A DNA stretch of 64,000 nucleotides from Flaccisagitta enflata (taxonomy: Eukaryota), in the NCBI GenBank assembly GCA_965153355.1, contig OZ231126.1:43896001-43960000 (forward strand), written 5' to 3'. The notes under the pieces are model-generated. The model did no database searches, was not told the DNA's origin, and worked only from the letters and a program-made list of their open reading frames with translations. Both the position numbers and the translations under genes were made by a program. Position 1 is the first letter of the stretch; each line of letters starts with the position of its first letter. Shown piece after piece: positions 13,291 through 27,267 of this stretch.

Positions 13291-14005
13291 TACTCCCATC
13301 TCTCATCTTCTCTTTTTCGCAATAATCAAACTCGCATCATATGAAAACCATCATTTTTACGTTGGAGGCATCTCCGGCGCTTAGTCGGGGTCATCTCCTG
13401 CGTATCTACATCGCCAAAATCTCTCTCTCTCTCTCGAACCGCCTCTTCTATCAACGAAAATCAGACAAAACTAGGCCTACACCTTCGCATATGACTCTCC
13501 ATGTCATATTAAAGAATCACCCTAAAATGCCGCCGTTTCACCTCAACGTCGGCAACAATGTGTCAACTTTATCCTCGGCGTTGTCCCACACCCATCCCTA
13601 GGGTCTCGTCAACATCGTTCCCGCCATCTACTGACATCGCCCCTCAATCTCGCCTTCTGTCATATCCTGTCACCCGTCCTCATCATCCACGTCCAAGTTT
13701 TGTTTCCTTCGACCTGTTCTTTTGACTAAGCGCCAATAATCGAACTCGCATAATATTCACCGGCATCATCACATCCCCCCCTTAATTCGGATCACGACAC
13801 GAAAAAGAAATTCCTCGTTTTGCCATTACTGACGTCAATGCCGTCAATCTCACCTCTTCTGTATCTCATTTCTCATCCTCCATCACGTCCCTAGCATCTT
13901 GTTCCCACAGACTATTCTGATAAAAAAAAAACATTACTCTACGTTGGAGGCATCCCCGGCTCTTAGTCGGGGTAATCTCTTGCGTATCTCCATCGTCTGA
14001 ATCTT

Positions 14006-14080
<75 letters not shown>

Positions 14081-14476
14081 CCCCTCGTTGATTACAACGT
14101 TATTAACCCCCGTTTCACGTCAACGTCAACAATAATGCGTCAACTTTATCCTCGGCTTTCTGCTCGACCTCGCCATCATCATTCCCGCCATCAACATACA
14201 TCCCCCCTCAATCATGCCTTCATGCTTTCATCTCTTCTCACCCGTTCTCATCATCCACGTCCTAGTTCTGTTTTCTTCTGTTTTCTATCCTGGACTTTAT
14301 CGTCAACTCCTATGGACTACTTATCAATCTCGCCTTCATCATTTTCGACCACTCACGTTTTCTTTCCATTCTCATCTTAATCATTCCGCCATCCCCCTGC
14401 CACTCAGTATCATCATTTTACGTTGGAGGCATCTCCGGCGCTTAGTCGGAGTCATATCTGACATATCTCCATCGCC

Positions 14477-14557
<81 letters not shown>

Positions 14558-14805
14558 CTCGCCCTCTCGCTCTCGCTCTCGCCCTCTCGCTCTCGCTCTC
14601 GCCCTCTCGCTCTCGCTCTCGCCCTCTCGCTCTCACTCTCGCTCTCGCCCTCTCGCTCTCGCTCTCTCTCTCGTTATCATATCTCATATCCTCTCATATC
14701 ACATCGTATCATGCCAGGGATGAGTGCCGTCGCCGTTGGCGAACCCGGGAGATTCTGGGGATGCTACGGCAGCAAATGGCAAAACAGATGCCCTGGATCC
14801 TTCTC

Positions 14806-14889
<84 letters not shown>

Positions 14890-15632
14890 AGAAGAAGAAG
14901 AAGAAGAAGCAACCAACAAAGATGTAGTCCTCGTCCGATCCTCGTCATCCTCCTATCCTCATCCTCGTCATCCGTCCCTTCCTCATCCTCGTACAACGCC
15001 GGCGAATGAGCGTCATCCTCCTTCTCCCCCCGCTCCTCATCAAGCCGCCAAGCTAGGATGCAGTCTAGGATGCAGTCTGGCTCAGTTACGCTTATCTCGC
15101 TCTTCCTCCTCGTCATCATCATCATCATCAATCCCCCAACTCTCGATGGCGGAGACGCGCAATGGATCGAGTCGCCAAGGTCGTGGACGAACGCCGGATT
15201 ATCGGCGGAAAATCTGCGGCGAATGCGGCGACAAACCCGAACCCGTTACTACCGCCATCCTCATCCTCTTCTTCATCCCGATCCTCATCAAACCGCCAAG
15301 CCGGGTCCGACGCCGGAATATCGGCGTGAATCTCGGCGAAAGCGGCGACAAACTTATCTTTGACTCGCCCCATTTTCCCGCATTCCTACACGCGTTTTAA
15401 AGACTCATCCATCTCATCATCCTCATCCTTCTCCTCATCTTCTGTATATAGTTTTTTTTTTGATTCCTTTGTGTTTCTTCTTTTGTTCATCGCACATCCC
15501 CTCCCCCCAGTCCACATCATCATAACTATTTTTTAGATTTTTTTTTTCTCGCTTGCACAGTAGTCTTGTTCTCCCCTTAGTCCCCCCCCTTCGAGAAATC
15601 ACTTCATCTGCCATACTGGCAGATCCTGGGGC

Positions 15633-16334
15633 TGTTCGTAATTGCGCCGTATTTTGTTTATCCTCTTATCCATCTACAGGAAATCTCGCTAAATTCGTTA
15701 TTTTTGGGGTCGCTCCAAAGACTCGTCTTCCTCATCATCCTCCTCCTCTCTCCTCGATTCCTCGTCCTCCTCATCCTCCCTCCTCGTCATCCTCGACTTC
15801 TCTCTTCCCAATGGACTTCTTCTTCCCAAAAGAAAACATTATCAGAATTCTTCGCCATCATTCAAGATCTAATGACTCATTTTAAGATCATTTAGAGATC
15901 ATTTAAAGATCATTTAAAGATTAAAAGACTCATCGCTTCGCCTTTTCATTGCCTCATTGTATTTCTTCTTGTTATAAGATTTCTCTTTCCTCCCCAGTGC
16001 AAGCGAGCAAGCTTCCATTTTTGTATCGTTTCTATAAGACTTTAATATGGTTATTTCGCGCGTTTGCTGTCATCCCCCCCTTCTGGAAATCATTCATCCT
16101 CGACTCCTCAGGTAGTGAGCCTGCTCAATGATGTGGACTGGCCCACTCTTTTCCTATCGGCTCAAACTAATCCTCCCCCCCTTTCTCTTCTCTTTTGTCA
16201 TTGTAGAACTTACAGATCCCTTCATTCTCCAATTCGCGTATTCGTTCTAGCGGGATTCTTAAGACGGAGTTACTCAGCGATCATCAGGGCATCTAGCTAG
16301 CTAATGAACTGTTCATACGTCACGAACTCGCACA
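15633..16334 (+). repeat. 3' LTR of element A
   Basis: Same length and near-identical sequence to 9124-9825. Confidence 0.97.
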
Positions 16335-18349
16335 CTAACCGACCTATCCCCAGCTCCATAAGACCTAACCGTAGCCGATTATATTAGTGAATGAAATGAC
16401 GAGTATCATTTATGATGAACGAAATGAGTTTTCTATTGATTTCAAACGTTTTTAGCGATTTTTTACTCGAGCGTGACCGACGGATGGACGGACGGACGGA
16501 CAGAGCTTCTCATAGAGACGCTATGGCGCATCTAAAAATCATCCTAGCATATTTCTGAATCATTTCCAGTGATTTTTGCTTCTTTTCGAGATTTTCAACT
16601 CGAGCGTGACCGACCGACCGACCAACCAACAGACAGAGCCTCTCATAGAGGTGCTATGGCGCACCTAAAAATGCCATGGGAGGTTCACTGGCAGTTACTA
16701 GACCGCCGCGAATCTTGGACCAATAGATATCTATCATTTCATCATAACAGCATACATTAGAAATGCAATAATTTGAACATCTGATAATCAAAATTCATGA
16801 GCATGATCATGGAAAAATAAAACTTAATAGACAGAGTGCATGAACAAAAAACACTTAAAAGATTGAATGCTATTAACCGCCATTAATCTAAGACCGACAA
16901 TTTGGGACGTCCGCGTCCCTCATTCGCGTCCCTCGCCGTTTGTCCATAGAGGTGTGGTGTTCATCTAACTCTTGCCTATCCTAATTCTGAGAATATCTTC
17001 ATGTACGTGTTTCTCTTTTGTACGGCTGTGGTTCCATATGCACTTTTTGTCTTTGACTCTGTGTTTCTGTTTGTACAATGTGTACAATGTCCATGTGTTC
17101 AGTTCCGGTACAAATTTGCCAATAGATTCTCCATATACAATGACGTCAATTACTGTTTCTATTTCATTCCTTATCTCTACTAACTCTTTCATCAATTATC
17201 AGTCGAACGCTGATGCCGTGAGGAAAATGTCCCAGAAACTTTTCCGTTCATCCTTTGTTTTCCCTCTTTATCATTTATTAATAAAAAAAAATCATATAAT
17301 ACATAATGGCGCAAACACGCTTCTGAAATGTTATCAACGGCTGTGGAGTGTCTCGCACGTAAATACGTCAACCCCGGTCTCGATCTATCTTACCACCTTG
17401 TCCATTTTTCATCCCTTTAACAACGGCTTTGACCTACATCTCCGCGATCACGAGTATTTATGATGTCCCTCGCACGTGACCTTTGCTGCATTAACCCTCA
17501 TTTCCACATTCTTTATATCGTGTTGATTCCGCCATCCACCATTTAGTCATACGACCCGTACATTTTGATTGAATGATCTTCTTCTTATCAACCATTACCA
17601 AGTCATGCTAACTTCCGTCAACCATACATTTTTCTAGGGGGGAGAGTAAGGAAAGGAGGTCCTTTTAGACCCATTTACCAACTTTTTTCCCTTTCGCTTA
17701 AACACATAGGGTGTAACATTGAAGACAATTCAGGTCTTGTTTTCGGCATTTCACTGCAAAAAAATCAATGTTTGTTTCTGAAAATTTACCTTATTTAATT
17801 CGATTTATTTATTTTCCAGTGTCGACGTTGCATCCCTTTCTGTACTTTCGGCTATCCACATTCTTTGCTGTTAGCGTTTGCCCCCAACCAACTCCCCCTT
17901 TCTACTCCCCCTCCCTTCAAAGCTAAGCTACTATTCTACTTGTTTCCCATTCCGGGGCCTTTTGTCTTTCTCTCCTCGTTCGTTGGTCGGTGGCAAGTGA
18001 GTGACAGAAAACGGAGTCTTTGACATATTTCCTCCCATATATTCTCGCGTTCTCCTCCCCTTTACCCCCCCCCCCGCCTTGCCCCCACCCCAATCATATC
18101 ATGAGCTTCCGCCGACCCACCTCCCTACTGACTTTTCTTATTTCTTTTTTCTTCTTTTCCTTTTTCTATTCATTAATTCGTTTATTCATTCATTCATTCA
18201 TCCATTAATCCATTCATTTATTCATTCATTCATTCAACATCTATTCATCTTCTTCCTTTCTTTCTCTTTTTTTCCTTCTTTTTTAAAAGATGTGGTTTTT
18301 GCTCTCTATTTTACGTTTGGCTTTTAATTATGCCTTTCCCACTCCCTCA

Positions 18350-18465
<116 letters not shown>

Positions 18466-18479
18466 TTCACATCACACAG

Positions 18480-18635
18480 CGATCCCGTTGGGCGGCGGCG
18501 GTAGTCGTTGTCCTGGCGAGGGGGGTCCTTGTTTCTTGAATGACCCTTCCAACCCCTCGGTGACGGAAGGGGACACGGTCGAGTTCACTTGTCAGGTCGA
18601 CCATCTGCGCCAAGAATACGTGATATGGAAAAAAA
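18480..18635 (+). CDS. Exon 2: N-terminal half of Ig domain ([36 protein letters not shown])
   Basis: (CT)n tract then CACAG acceptor, donor A|GTAAGT. Contains the V.EG..V.F.C and conserved W of Ig I/V-set domains. Confidence 0.9.
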
Positions 18636-18646
18636 GTAAGTGAAAC

Positions 18647-18682
<36 letters not shown>

Positions 18683-19046
18683 CCAGACAGAGGGATAGCG
18701 AGAAATTTAAAAGAGAGACAGACCATTACACCGACAGGAAGAGATGCAGACAGACAGACGGGATTACATAGAAACGGACATAGAGACACAGAAACAGACA
18801 TAGAGACACACGGAAAGATAGGAGGTACAGGCAGATAGAGGATACAGAACTGCAAGATAGAGAGACAGAAGACGGACAGACTGCTGGAAAACTGGACGCA
18901 GTTTCACTCGGGACGGCAAAGAAGCGAGAAAATAAGAGTATATGAAAGAAAGTGACGGAAGAAAAATGAAGAAAAATGAAGAAAAATGGGGGAAAGAAAG
19001 AAAGAAAGAATGAAAGGCAGAAATGGAAAGATAAGCCTAAGGAGTA

Positions 19047-19396
19047 GGGTGGCTTAAAGTGAGGTCATTTTTAAAATTCATGACACCATTGTAGAAAATG
19101 AGATCATTTCTATCATGAATGAAAATTTCAGATACTGGGGCAATTAATTACTGGGGGTAATGGCATAAAGTTTACTCATGGCCGCCACCCCCTCTTTTTT
19201 TTCCACATGATATATACAGAAATAATTTTTCCTCAAACGCTTCCTATTCTTTATAATGAAAAGGGGTAGGGTGGCGGCCATGAGTAAATTATATCCGATC
19301 ACCCTCAAATTTTGGATTTGTCTTGTATGAGGGAAATGATCTCATTTTCTCCGATGGCGTCATGAGATTTGACAATGAGCCTACTTTAGGCTACCC
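19047..19396. mobile_element. Foldback MITE, GGGT...ACCC termini flanked by TA
   Basis: Long imperfect arms including AGAAAATGAGATCATTTC / GAAATGATCTCATTTTCT and TTTACTCATGGCCGCCACCC / GGGTGGCGGCCATGAGTAAA. Confidence 0.8.
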
Positions 19397-19668
19397 TACT
19401 AGGGAAGGAAAGCAAAGAAAAGCGTATTATTCCTATTTTTCCATCCGCAACTGATTGGAAGCGAGAGTTGAGAGAGAAGCAAAGAATGAAATGGAGTCGA
19501 TGAAAATAGTTGGTGCGTTCGACCGCTGGAGGACGCGCACTGCAGAATTCGTTAAAAAAACGAATTTGGTCGCTGATGTAAACATTTTGAACAAAAAGGG
19601 CGGGTTGTTCGACACTTGTGCCAACTGCAAATTGTGTGGTGAGCGAGACACAACGAAATCTTCTCTAT

Positions 19669-20690
19669 TATTCCCTGTCACTACTACCGGGAAGTTTCCG
19701 GGAATTTTTTAGGCCATTCCCACAAATTTCCTGTCAACTTCCCTTTAAATTCCTACTGTTTTTCATAATTCCCGGAAATTGATAGGAAGTTTGGGAAAAC
19801 ATTGGGAAGTTAGAGGGATGTCTAAAAAATTTGTGGGAAGTTAGTGGGAAGTGTTAAAGAACAGTGGGAAGTTAGTGGGAAGTTAGTAGGAAGTTCAAGT
19901 AAATAATGAGAAGTAAGTGGGAAGTATAAAAGAAATTGTGGGATATAAGTGGGGTATGTATAAAACAGAGTTAAGTTAGCGGGAAGTTAAGGTGAATAGT
20001 CGGGAGTCAGTGGGAAGTTAAAAAAACAGTGGGAAGTTAGCGGGAAGTTTAGGTAAATAATGAGAAGTATGTTGAAAGTTTTGAAAAAATTATGGGAAAT
20101 TAGTGGAAAATGTAGAAAACAAAGGGAAGTTAGAAGGAAGTTAAGGTAGATAGTAGGAATTAAGTGGGAAGTATAAGAAAATAATGGGAAATGTTTGGGA
20201 AATGTAATAAAATAAAGGGAAGTTAGTGGGAAGTTTAAGTAAAAAGTGGGAAATTAGCGGGAAGTAAGAAAAAATGATGGGAAATGTGTTAGAATTGTAA
20301 TAGAATAGTGGGAAGTTAGTGGGAAGTTTTGGAAGATAGTGGGAAGTAAGTGGGAAGTATGAGAAAACAGTGGGCAATTAGTACGAATTGTAAAATTGCA
20401 GTAGGGTGCTAGCAGGAAGTTTGAGTAGATAGTGGGATGTATGTGGGAAGTATGAGAAAATAGCGGGAAGTTAGGGAGTTATGTAGAAATTAGGTAAGAG
20501 ATGTGGGGAAATAGTGGAAAAATAATGGGAACAATAAGAAAATAGTGAGCAATCAGCGGAAAGATCAAGAAATTTTGGATTTGGGACAATCAATCTTTTA
20601 TAGTATTCCCTGTCACTACTACCGAGAATTTTTTGGGAATTTTACGGGGTATTCCCAACAAATTTCTCTGGAAAAGTAGTACGCTAAACA
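19669..20690. repeat. Element built of degenerate GGGAAGT(TAG) units; head TATTCCCTGTCACTACTACCG repeated at 19669 and 20604; related piece at 39650-39857
   Basis: Dozens of GGGAAGT motifs on one strand; 39841-39857 resembles the reverse complement of the head. Confidence 0.65.
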
Positions 20691-20948
20691 ACTTCCTACT
20701 TGTTTTTATTTTCTTCTCATTTATTCCAGACTATTTCCCATTACCCACAATTTTGCCATTGGGCCCGCAAGTTCCTCTAGCTGTCGGCCTGATAGGCCCG
20801 CTCATGGTTGGCCTGAGCCGGATCACCCATTAGGCTTATAAGGCTTAAGCCTTAGGCCCCGCGGTAAGGGGGGGGCCCGCGGTACAGCCCCTACCCCTTA
20901 GAAAAAAAGGAAGAGGAATAAAGAACAAGAAAAAAAAGAATAAAAAGT

Positions 20949-20988
<40 letters not shown>

Positions 20989-22790
20989 AAAATTAAAATT
21001 TTTTTTTTTCGCTTATGTTGGATTTTCCTTTAATAAGTTTTATTTAGCATGAGATCTGTTTTTTTCATTTAGATTCATCAGCTTAGAAAGATAAATGCCT
21101 TTCTAGTTAAGCTCCACTAGTTTTTAGCTGGATGGAAGATGCGTAACAGCAAGGGAGCAGCAAAGGGGGGAGGGCTAGGGGGGCCCCGCGGTAGCTCTCA
21201 AGCCTTTTTTCAGTGATGCTAATTAAAAAATCAATTCATAAAATCCAATAAAATCATGCATCTATTCTTTCTTTCTAATTGCTGAACAAGAATAAATAAA
21301 GATGATCTGTTATACTTAGCAAAAAATGAATTCTTTTATATGTATCCGTCACTGTCTGCTAATCCTTCTGTCCGCTGATCCTTCTGTCTCGCAATTCATC
21401 TAAAATGCTTTCACAAAAATCGCCTAAACTCGTTCAGTCTTTCTGTCTCTGTCTTCTGTCTCACACACACATACACACACACACACATGCACACACAGGA
21501 TAAAAACACCTTCAATGTTAGCTAGATTCTTTTAAATTATCACAACTAATAGGGATACAGCTGTTTTGAGGTAATATTATATATAATTGGTCAGGCCCAC
21601 TGTTTTTCTGTTGGGCCAGGTAAGATTGTAGGGAGCAGGCCGGATTGGCTTGCTCAAAAAAATCATTTTTTAGGGTTTAGCGGGAATTTTAAAAAATAAA
21701 AGGAAGTTAGTGAATAGTTTGGGTTTACTGGAATGTAAATGGGAAGTATGAGGAAATAGGGGGATATTAGTGGGAACTGTAAAAAAATAATGAAAGGTTA
21801 GCAAGAAGTTTAGTGCTTATAATAAAAAAAGTGTAGGCTACTGTCATAAAAAAACTTGACATAACAGTATTGTATTTTGCCCCCTGTTTTTCTATCGGGC
21901 CCGCAAAAATTGTGAGGAGCGTGCCCAGAAGGCCCACTGAAAAAAATAAATATTTTGAGGCCTGAATATGAAATATGAATTCAGGGAACTTTTTGGGAAA
22001 TTTCAGGGAAATTTCTGGGAATTTCTTCAAAAAATTCGCGGCAATTACGCTGTGTGTCGCCCTCATCCAATATGTTAGAGACGATAATGCAAAAACTGCT
22101 CGCAACTTAGAAATAGTTCCTACCGACCTACCAACCGGCACGGCAAGGTGTTGAGTTGTGTGTCCGCGACTAAAAATGATACTAGGAATTTGAGGGAGGA
22201 CGCCAAATCGTTAGGAAAGCTTCAATTTTTAGTCGCGTGCACGCGACTTTACAACCTGCTTTGTCAGTTGGTCGGTCGGTTGGTCACGTTTTATTTTTTT
22301 TTTATGATTTTATTTCTTTGACCTCACTACTCCTGCCCAAATGGTCTAGTGACCTCAAATATGGCTCCTGCCCACCCGCACGCGACTTCGGTAGCCGTGT
22401 ATCCGGCCTTGTTTCTCTCGCTCTCGCTCTCGCTCTCGCTCTCGCTCTCGCTCTCCGCTCTCTCTCTCTCTCTCACACGCCATTTACAACTTTGTTGCCA
22501 TGTCTAGAGCTGCCTTGATCGGTAAAGACTTTAAGTTAACCATACAAACTGTACGATCATCTCCTATTCGGCAGCATGCTGCAGCATGGAAAAGAAAAGG
22601 GTCATAGATTTTCGTTTTAAGGAATAGAGCGAGGAAACATTTCCTCCACAGTTATTTTTTCTTCTTTTACTCTTTATTTTTTATTTTTTTAATTTCTTTG
22701 AAACCAGTGTGATAAGATAAACCAGCGAACTACCAATTGGGATGAACGCCTCCGAGATCGGTTGGTTTATGTGGATCACTCAAGATGACA

Positions 22791-22886
<96 letters not shown>

Positions 22887-22926
22887 ACGCTCAAGTTGGA
22901 AAGTACAGAGAGCTCAAGTTGGAAAG

Positions 22927-23064
<138 letters not shown>

Positions 23065-25053
23065 ACGACAGACAGTGAGACAGAATGACCGACAGCGAGA
23101 CAGTACGACAGACACAGCGAAACAGTAAGATAGACACAAAAAGACTGACATACCAAGACACAGATATGCATCCATTAACACTGCATAAACACAGATTTTA
23201 TATGTCCTTGATAGCCAAAACCGTTGGAACTGCAGAATCGACAATGGTGGCCTCGTCTTCGTTTGTTTCGTCCTCTGCTTCATTGAGTTTGGCAAACTCA
23301 TGTTCGATGGTGTCATCTTTGTTGCCTCATTATGATTGGCAGCAGTATAATCGACAGGTTCATGCTTAACAGCGACATGCCTAACAACGTCAACTCCAAT
23401 GAAGTGAGTTATAAAACTGCATGCCCGTGATATACTTTCGTTTATAAGGAATCTGATCTGATCTTTGATAGAAGGAAGAGGAGACAGATAGAAAGTACAA
23501 AACAAACAAATAAATAAAAGAGAAAGAAAGTAACAAAGGTAGGTGGGAACGAAGAGTGAAAGGATGAAAGGAAGGAAATAAGTGAGGCGGGGTCACAATA
23601 TCGTTGCAGAAGAGTGGGCAGGGGCATCGAATTCCCATGCACACTCAATGCCCCCCACACATACACTTAAATATCTAAAACATTCATTTTTGCACTTTTC
23701 CTTTCCTTTTTTTGCCCTGCGAATTAGTGACTCATCCAAAAAAAAAAAAAAATGATCCAATTGGGTGCTTTACATAGCAAAAGTTGGTTATTTCTTTTCA
23801 CCCTCTTTACCTAATATGAAATGGCTAATTTTAGGACTTGCAATTTTTTTTTATTTAAATTTGTTTATTTTTTATTTATTAGCATTTCATTTTGCATAAT
23901 GCAGTGCTAGTGGGATAAAACAATATGCTGACATTTTTTGAAATAACTTTTGCTGATTTTTATTCTTTATAGAAATGTTAATCTGCCTATTAATAAGCTC
24001 TTTCATAGCTTATGTCCTGATTTTTAATCGTGTGCAGGCGACTCTACAACCCGCTTTGTCGGTTCGTCCGTCTGTCTGTTGGTCTGTCCTTCTGTTGGTC
24101 CATTGGTCACAATTTACTTTTTAGATGCGTCATCGCATCTCTATAAGAGGGTCTGTCCGTCGGTCCGTCCGTCGGTCCGTCCGTCCGTCCCGTCCGTTAC
24201 GCCTCTTCTAATATCACACAGATGACGCATCTAGTTGCCCGATCGGGCTTGTTTATTATACTTTAAGCTATTTCTAATAATTTTAAGTCATTTTTAAGTC
24301 ATTTTTAAGTCATTTAAGTCATTTTAAGTCATTTAAGTCATTTAAGTCAATTTTAAGTCATTTCTAAGTCATTCTTAGTTAAATTAGGTCACATAAGTTA
24401 AATAGGTCAAACTAGTCATTTCAGTCATTTTATGTCTTTTTAGGTCATTTAAAGTCGTCTTGAAAGTCAATAAAAGTCATCTTAGGTTATCTATGTCCCG
24501 CACGCGACTTAAACATGTTGGCCTTGTTTAATCTGTTATCATGAACACCATCTTTCATTTATACTAATGATTATCCTTTTAGAAACAGAATTACACACTG
24601 TTTTACTAATTTCTGGAATTTTTAGGAACTTTAAAACTAAAACAAAAATGGAAGATGATGGAATTTAGAAAAAACAAGTGACGCAGAGTCACAATATCGT
24701 TGTGGACGAGTGGGCAGGGGCATTAACATGCATCCACACCCCATGCCCCCCTCACCAACTAAAAAAAACATTTAAAACGCTTGTTTTTCCACTTTGACTT
24801 GTGGATTACAGACCATGGCACAGATAGACAAATGGATGGATGGATGGACAGACGGACAAAATTTTTCCTAGAGTTGCGTATCGGCAACAAATAATGGTCA
24901 TCTTCATAATTTTTACTCTTCTACAATATGTAAATAGGGTGAAGGGATACTCACAACTTTTGCTATGTGAAGCACCCAAATGATCCGACCTTACTAGGAA
25001 TCGTAACCGAGGCGAGCATTATTTGTATTTCGGCTGATTTGATTGGTCAAGAG

Positions 25054-25144
<91 letters not shown>

Positions 25145-25212
25145 GCAGCAAGAAAACGGCCCCGTACACCCCGTCGGAATCTCTGACCAACGCGGCGGAA
25201 GCATAAGCGGCA

Positions 25213-26190
25213 ATGTCATTTGCGATTGACTCACCGACACCCTCCACCCTCTCGAAGACGGAGACGGTAGACTCCAAAATCAGCTCTCCGTCGATCTAAG
25301 AAAAAGAGACGGGAAAGGAAGAAAGACAGGAAGACGATAACCGTTCTACGAAGAAGGACGTCGGTGGAGGAGGAGGAGGAGGCAGTAAGCAAAGAGGACA
25401 ACGCATCGAAGGGAATGAGGGAGCCACAGGAGGTGGAGGGGAAGCCAAACATCGACGGCAGCAGCGGCGAGGAGCCGCCGCCTCTGGAGGTAGAAGAGGA
25501 GGAAGAAAACATAAAGAGCAACTCCAAGAAGGGGAAGGAAGGGGGACATGGCAGTGAAAAAAGAGAGGCAAGGGGAAGAGGAAGAGGAGGGGAAAGAAAT
25601 CCGGAAAAAGAAGAGAGAAAGCGGCAGAATTCTTTGAAGACGGCAATTAGATCTGGTGCTGCAAGAAGCGAAGACCGCGCTGGAGAGGAGAGGAGAGGCG
25701 ACAGCGGCCTGGGAATGGTGAACTCCCTCGATGACTCGGAGGTGGAGGAGGAGGACGAGGAATGGCACTTTAATCTCAAAAACCTCATCGACAGATTGGA
25801 GAAGGATATGGAGGAACTAGAGAGAATTAATTCTGAGGAGGAGGAGGAAACGGAGACGAGAAGAGAGGAGACAGAAAACATGAAGGAGTGGAAAGAATGC
25901 GTCAAGGCAGTTAACGACTGGGCGGAACTGCTGAAGGAAGTCAAGCTGTCGGAAAGACCGAGGGAGACGAAGGAGGCGAGTAGGCTGCTCCACACTCAGG
26001 GAATAGGCGCAAATACGCTAAAGACGGCGATGAACAGGATGGACGGGAAAAAATAACACCAGCGACGATCATGGGAAAGAACCATGATGATGAAGAAGAG
26101 GGTCAATGGCGATAATGGAGAGGAACAATTAAGGAAAAAACCGAGGACAGGAAGAAGAACAATGATAATAGAGAAAAATGACACTGATTG
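25213..26190 (+). pseudogene. Disrupted charged (E/K/R-rich) reading frame of unknown origin
   Basis: ATG at 25213, frame change near 25270, open to TAA at 26056, then another 40+ open codons to TGA near 26190, followed by an A-run near 26227. Confidence 0.4.
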
Positions 26191-26439
26191 AGAAGGACAC
26201 ATCAAAAACAAGAGCAACAACGAAACAAAAAAAAAAAAGACAAATGGAATTTGATATTTGCCTGGTATTTTTTACATGACTGTTTCAATTTTGTTTCATT
26301 CATGAATGTTTTTTAAAATCTGAGGAACCTAATCTCATGATCTCATGAATATCTTTGCGAATACTTCATCCTTTGATCACTGCAAAACCGCCATGACAGA
26401 ACTATGTTATAAAGCACAGGTCGCGACTGTGCTGCACAG

Positions 26440-26965
26440 TTAGGTTGCTCAGTCCGCGATTAGATCGCTTAGGCTGGGACTAGGTCGTTGAGGTTGGGTT
26501 TAGGTTTTTCAGGCCGGGATTAGGTCGTTCAGGCCGGGATTAGGTTGTTCAGGCCGGAAATAGGTTGTTCAGGCCGGAATTAGGTCGTTCAGGCTGGGAT
26601 TAGGTCATTCAGGCCGTGATTTGGTCGTTCAGGCTGGGATTAGTTGTTCAGGCCGGGATTAAGTCGCTCAGTCTGGGATTAGGTCGTTCAGGCCTGGATT
26701 AGGTCATTCAGGCTGGGATTTGGTCATTCAGGCCGGGATTAGGTTGTTTAGGCCGGGATTAGGTTGTTGAGACTGGCATTGCATTAGGTCGTTCAGGCTA
26801 GGATAAGGTCGCTGAGGGTGGGATTAGGTCGCTGAGGCCGCAATTAGGTCGCTGAGGCCGCAATTAGGTCACTGAGCCCTAAATAGTTGCTGAGGCCGCG
26901 AATAGGTCGCTTGGGCGGGGATTAGGTCACTGAGACTGGGGTTATATCGCTGAGGCCAAGATTTG
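26440..26965. repeat. 20-bp minisatellite, consensus GGGATTAGGTCGTTCAGGCC
   Basis: Roughly 25 diverged tandem units. Confidence 0.9.
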
Positions 26966-27267
26966 GTCGCCCACGCGGCCATGGTGCTTCCTGCGCAACT
27001 GCAATGTGTGAGGTGTGGCCATAATGCGTCACACAGTTGTAACATGTCATGTGTGGCCGTACGGAGTCACGAGCCGTTGTATAGTATCACGCATGTTGCT
27101 GATATCAAATATTACAACTCATGCATCGTCAGGCTTTTCTTGGATTTTTATTTTATAATATCTTGTACTTAACACCAGAAGTTTTCAGACAGCGGTGTTA
27201 GTCCAACGGTAGCGTGCTTGCCTGAACGGGGATAGGTGGGGAGTTCGAATATCGTTTAGTCATTCCT

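Larger units (their letters stand above)
9124..16334 (+). mobile_element. LTR retroelement A, BEL/Pao-type, Gag only (non-autonomous), about 7.2 kb
   Basis: 702-bp direct repeats with TG...CA ends, 5-bp TSD CTAAC (9119-9123 and 16335-16339), internal Gag, no RT/RNase H/integrase ORF. Confidence 0.95.
8733..16671 (-). mobile_element. HINE/DINE-1-like element with 21-bp tandem array, interrupted by LTR element A
   Basis: AACAAGGCCGGATACACGG end, (AGACCTATCCCGAGCTCTATC)n array, GACG/GACC microsatellite, terminal hairpin AGGTGCTATGGCGCACCT then A-run. Sequence resumes after the TSD. Confidence 0.75.

Noticed and set aside
12708-13325. ORFs with SSRLS, MTDGK or REDDR repeats
   Set aside because: Translations of a stop-free 15-bp minisatellite in several frames.
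14709-15400. Several overlapping ORFs in the 3' interior of element A, one with a hydrophobic N-terminus (env-like?)
   Set aside because: Short and low-complexity, driven by (CT)n, (CAT)n and local duplications, with no fusion-protein features. Similarity to element B is compositional only.
26440-26965. TTAGG motifs as interstitial telomere
   Set aside because: TTAGG occurs once per 20-bp unit, not as tandem (TTAGG)n.
27190-27255. tRNA-like A/B boxes
   Set aside because: No cloverleaf can be formed; at most a decayed SINE head.
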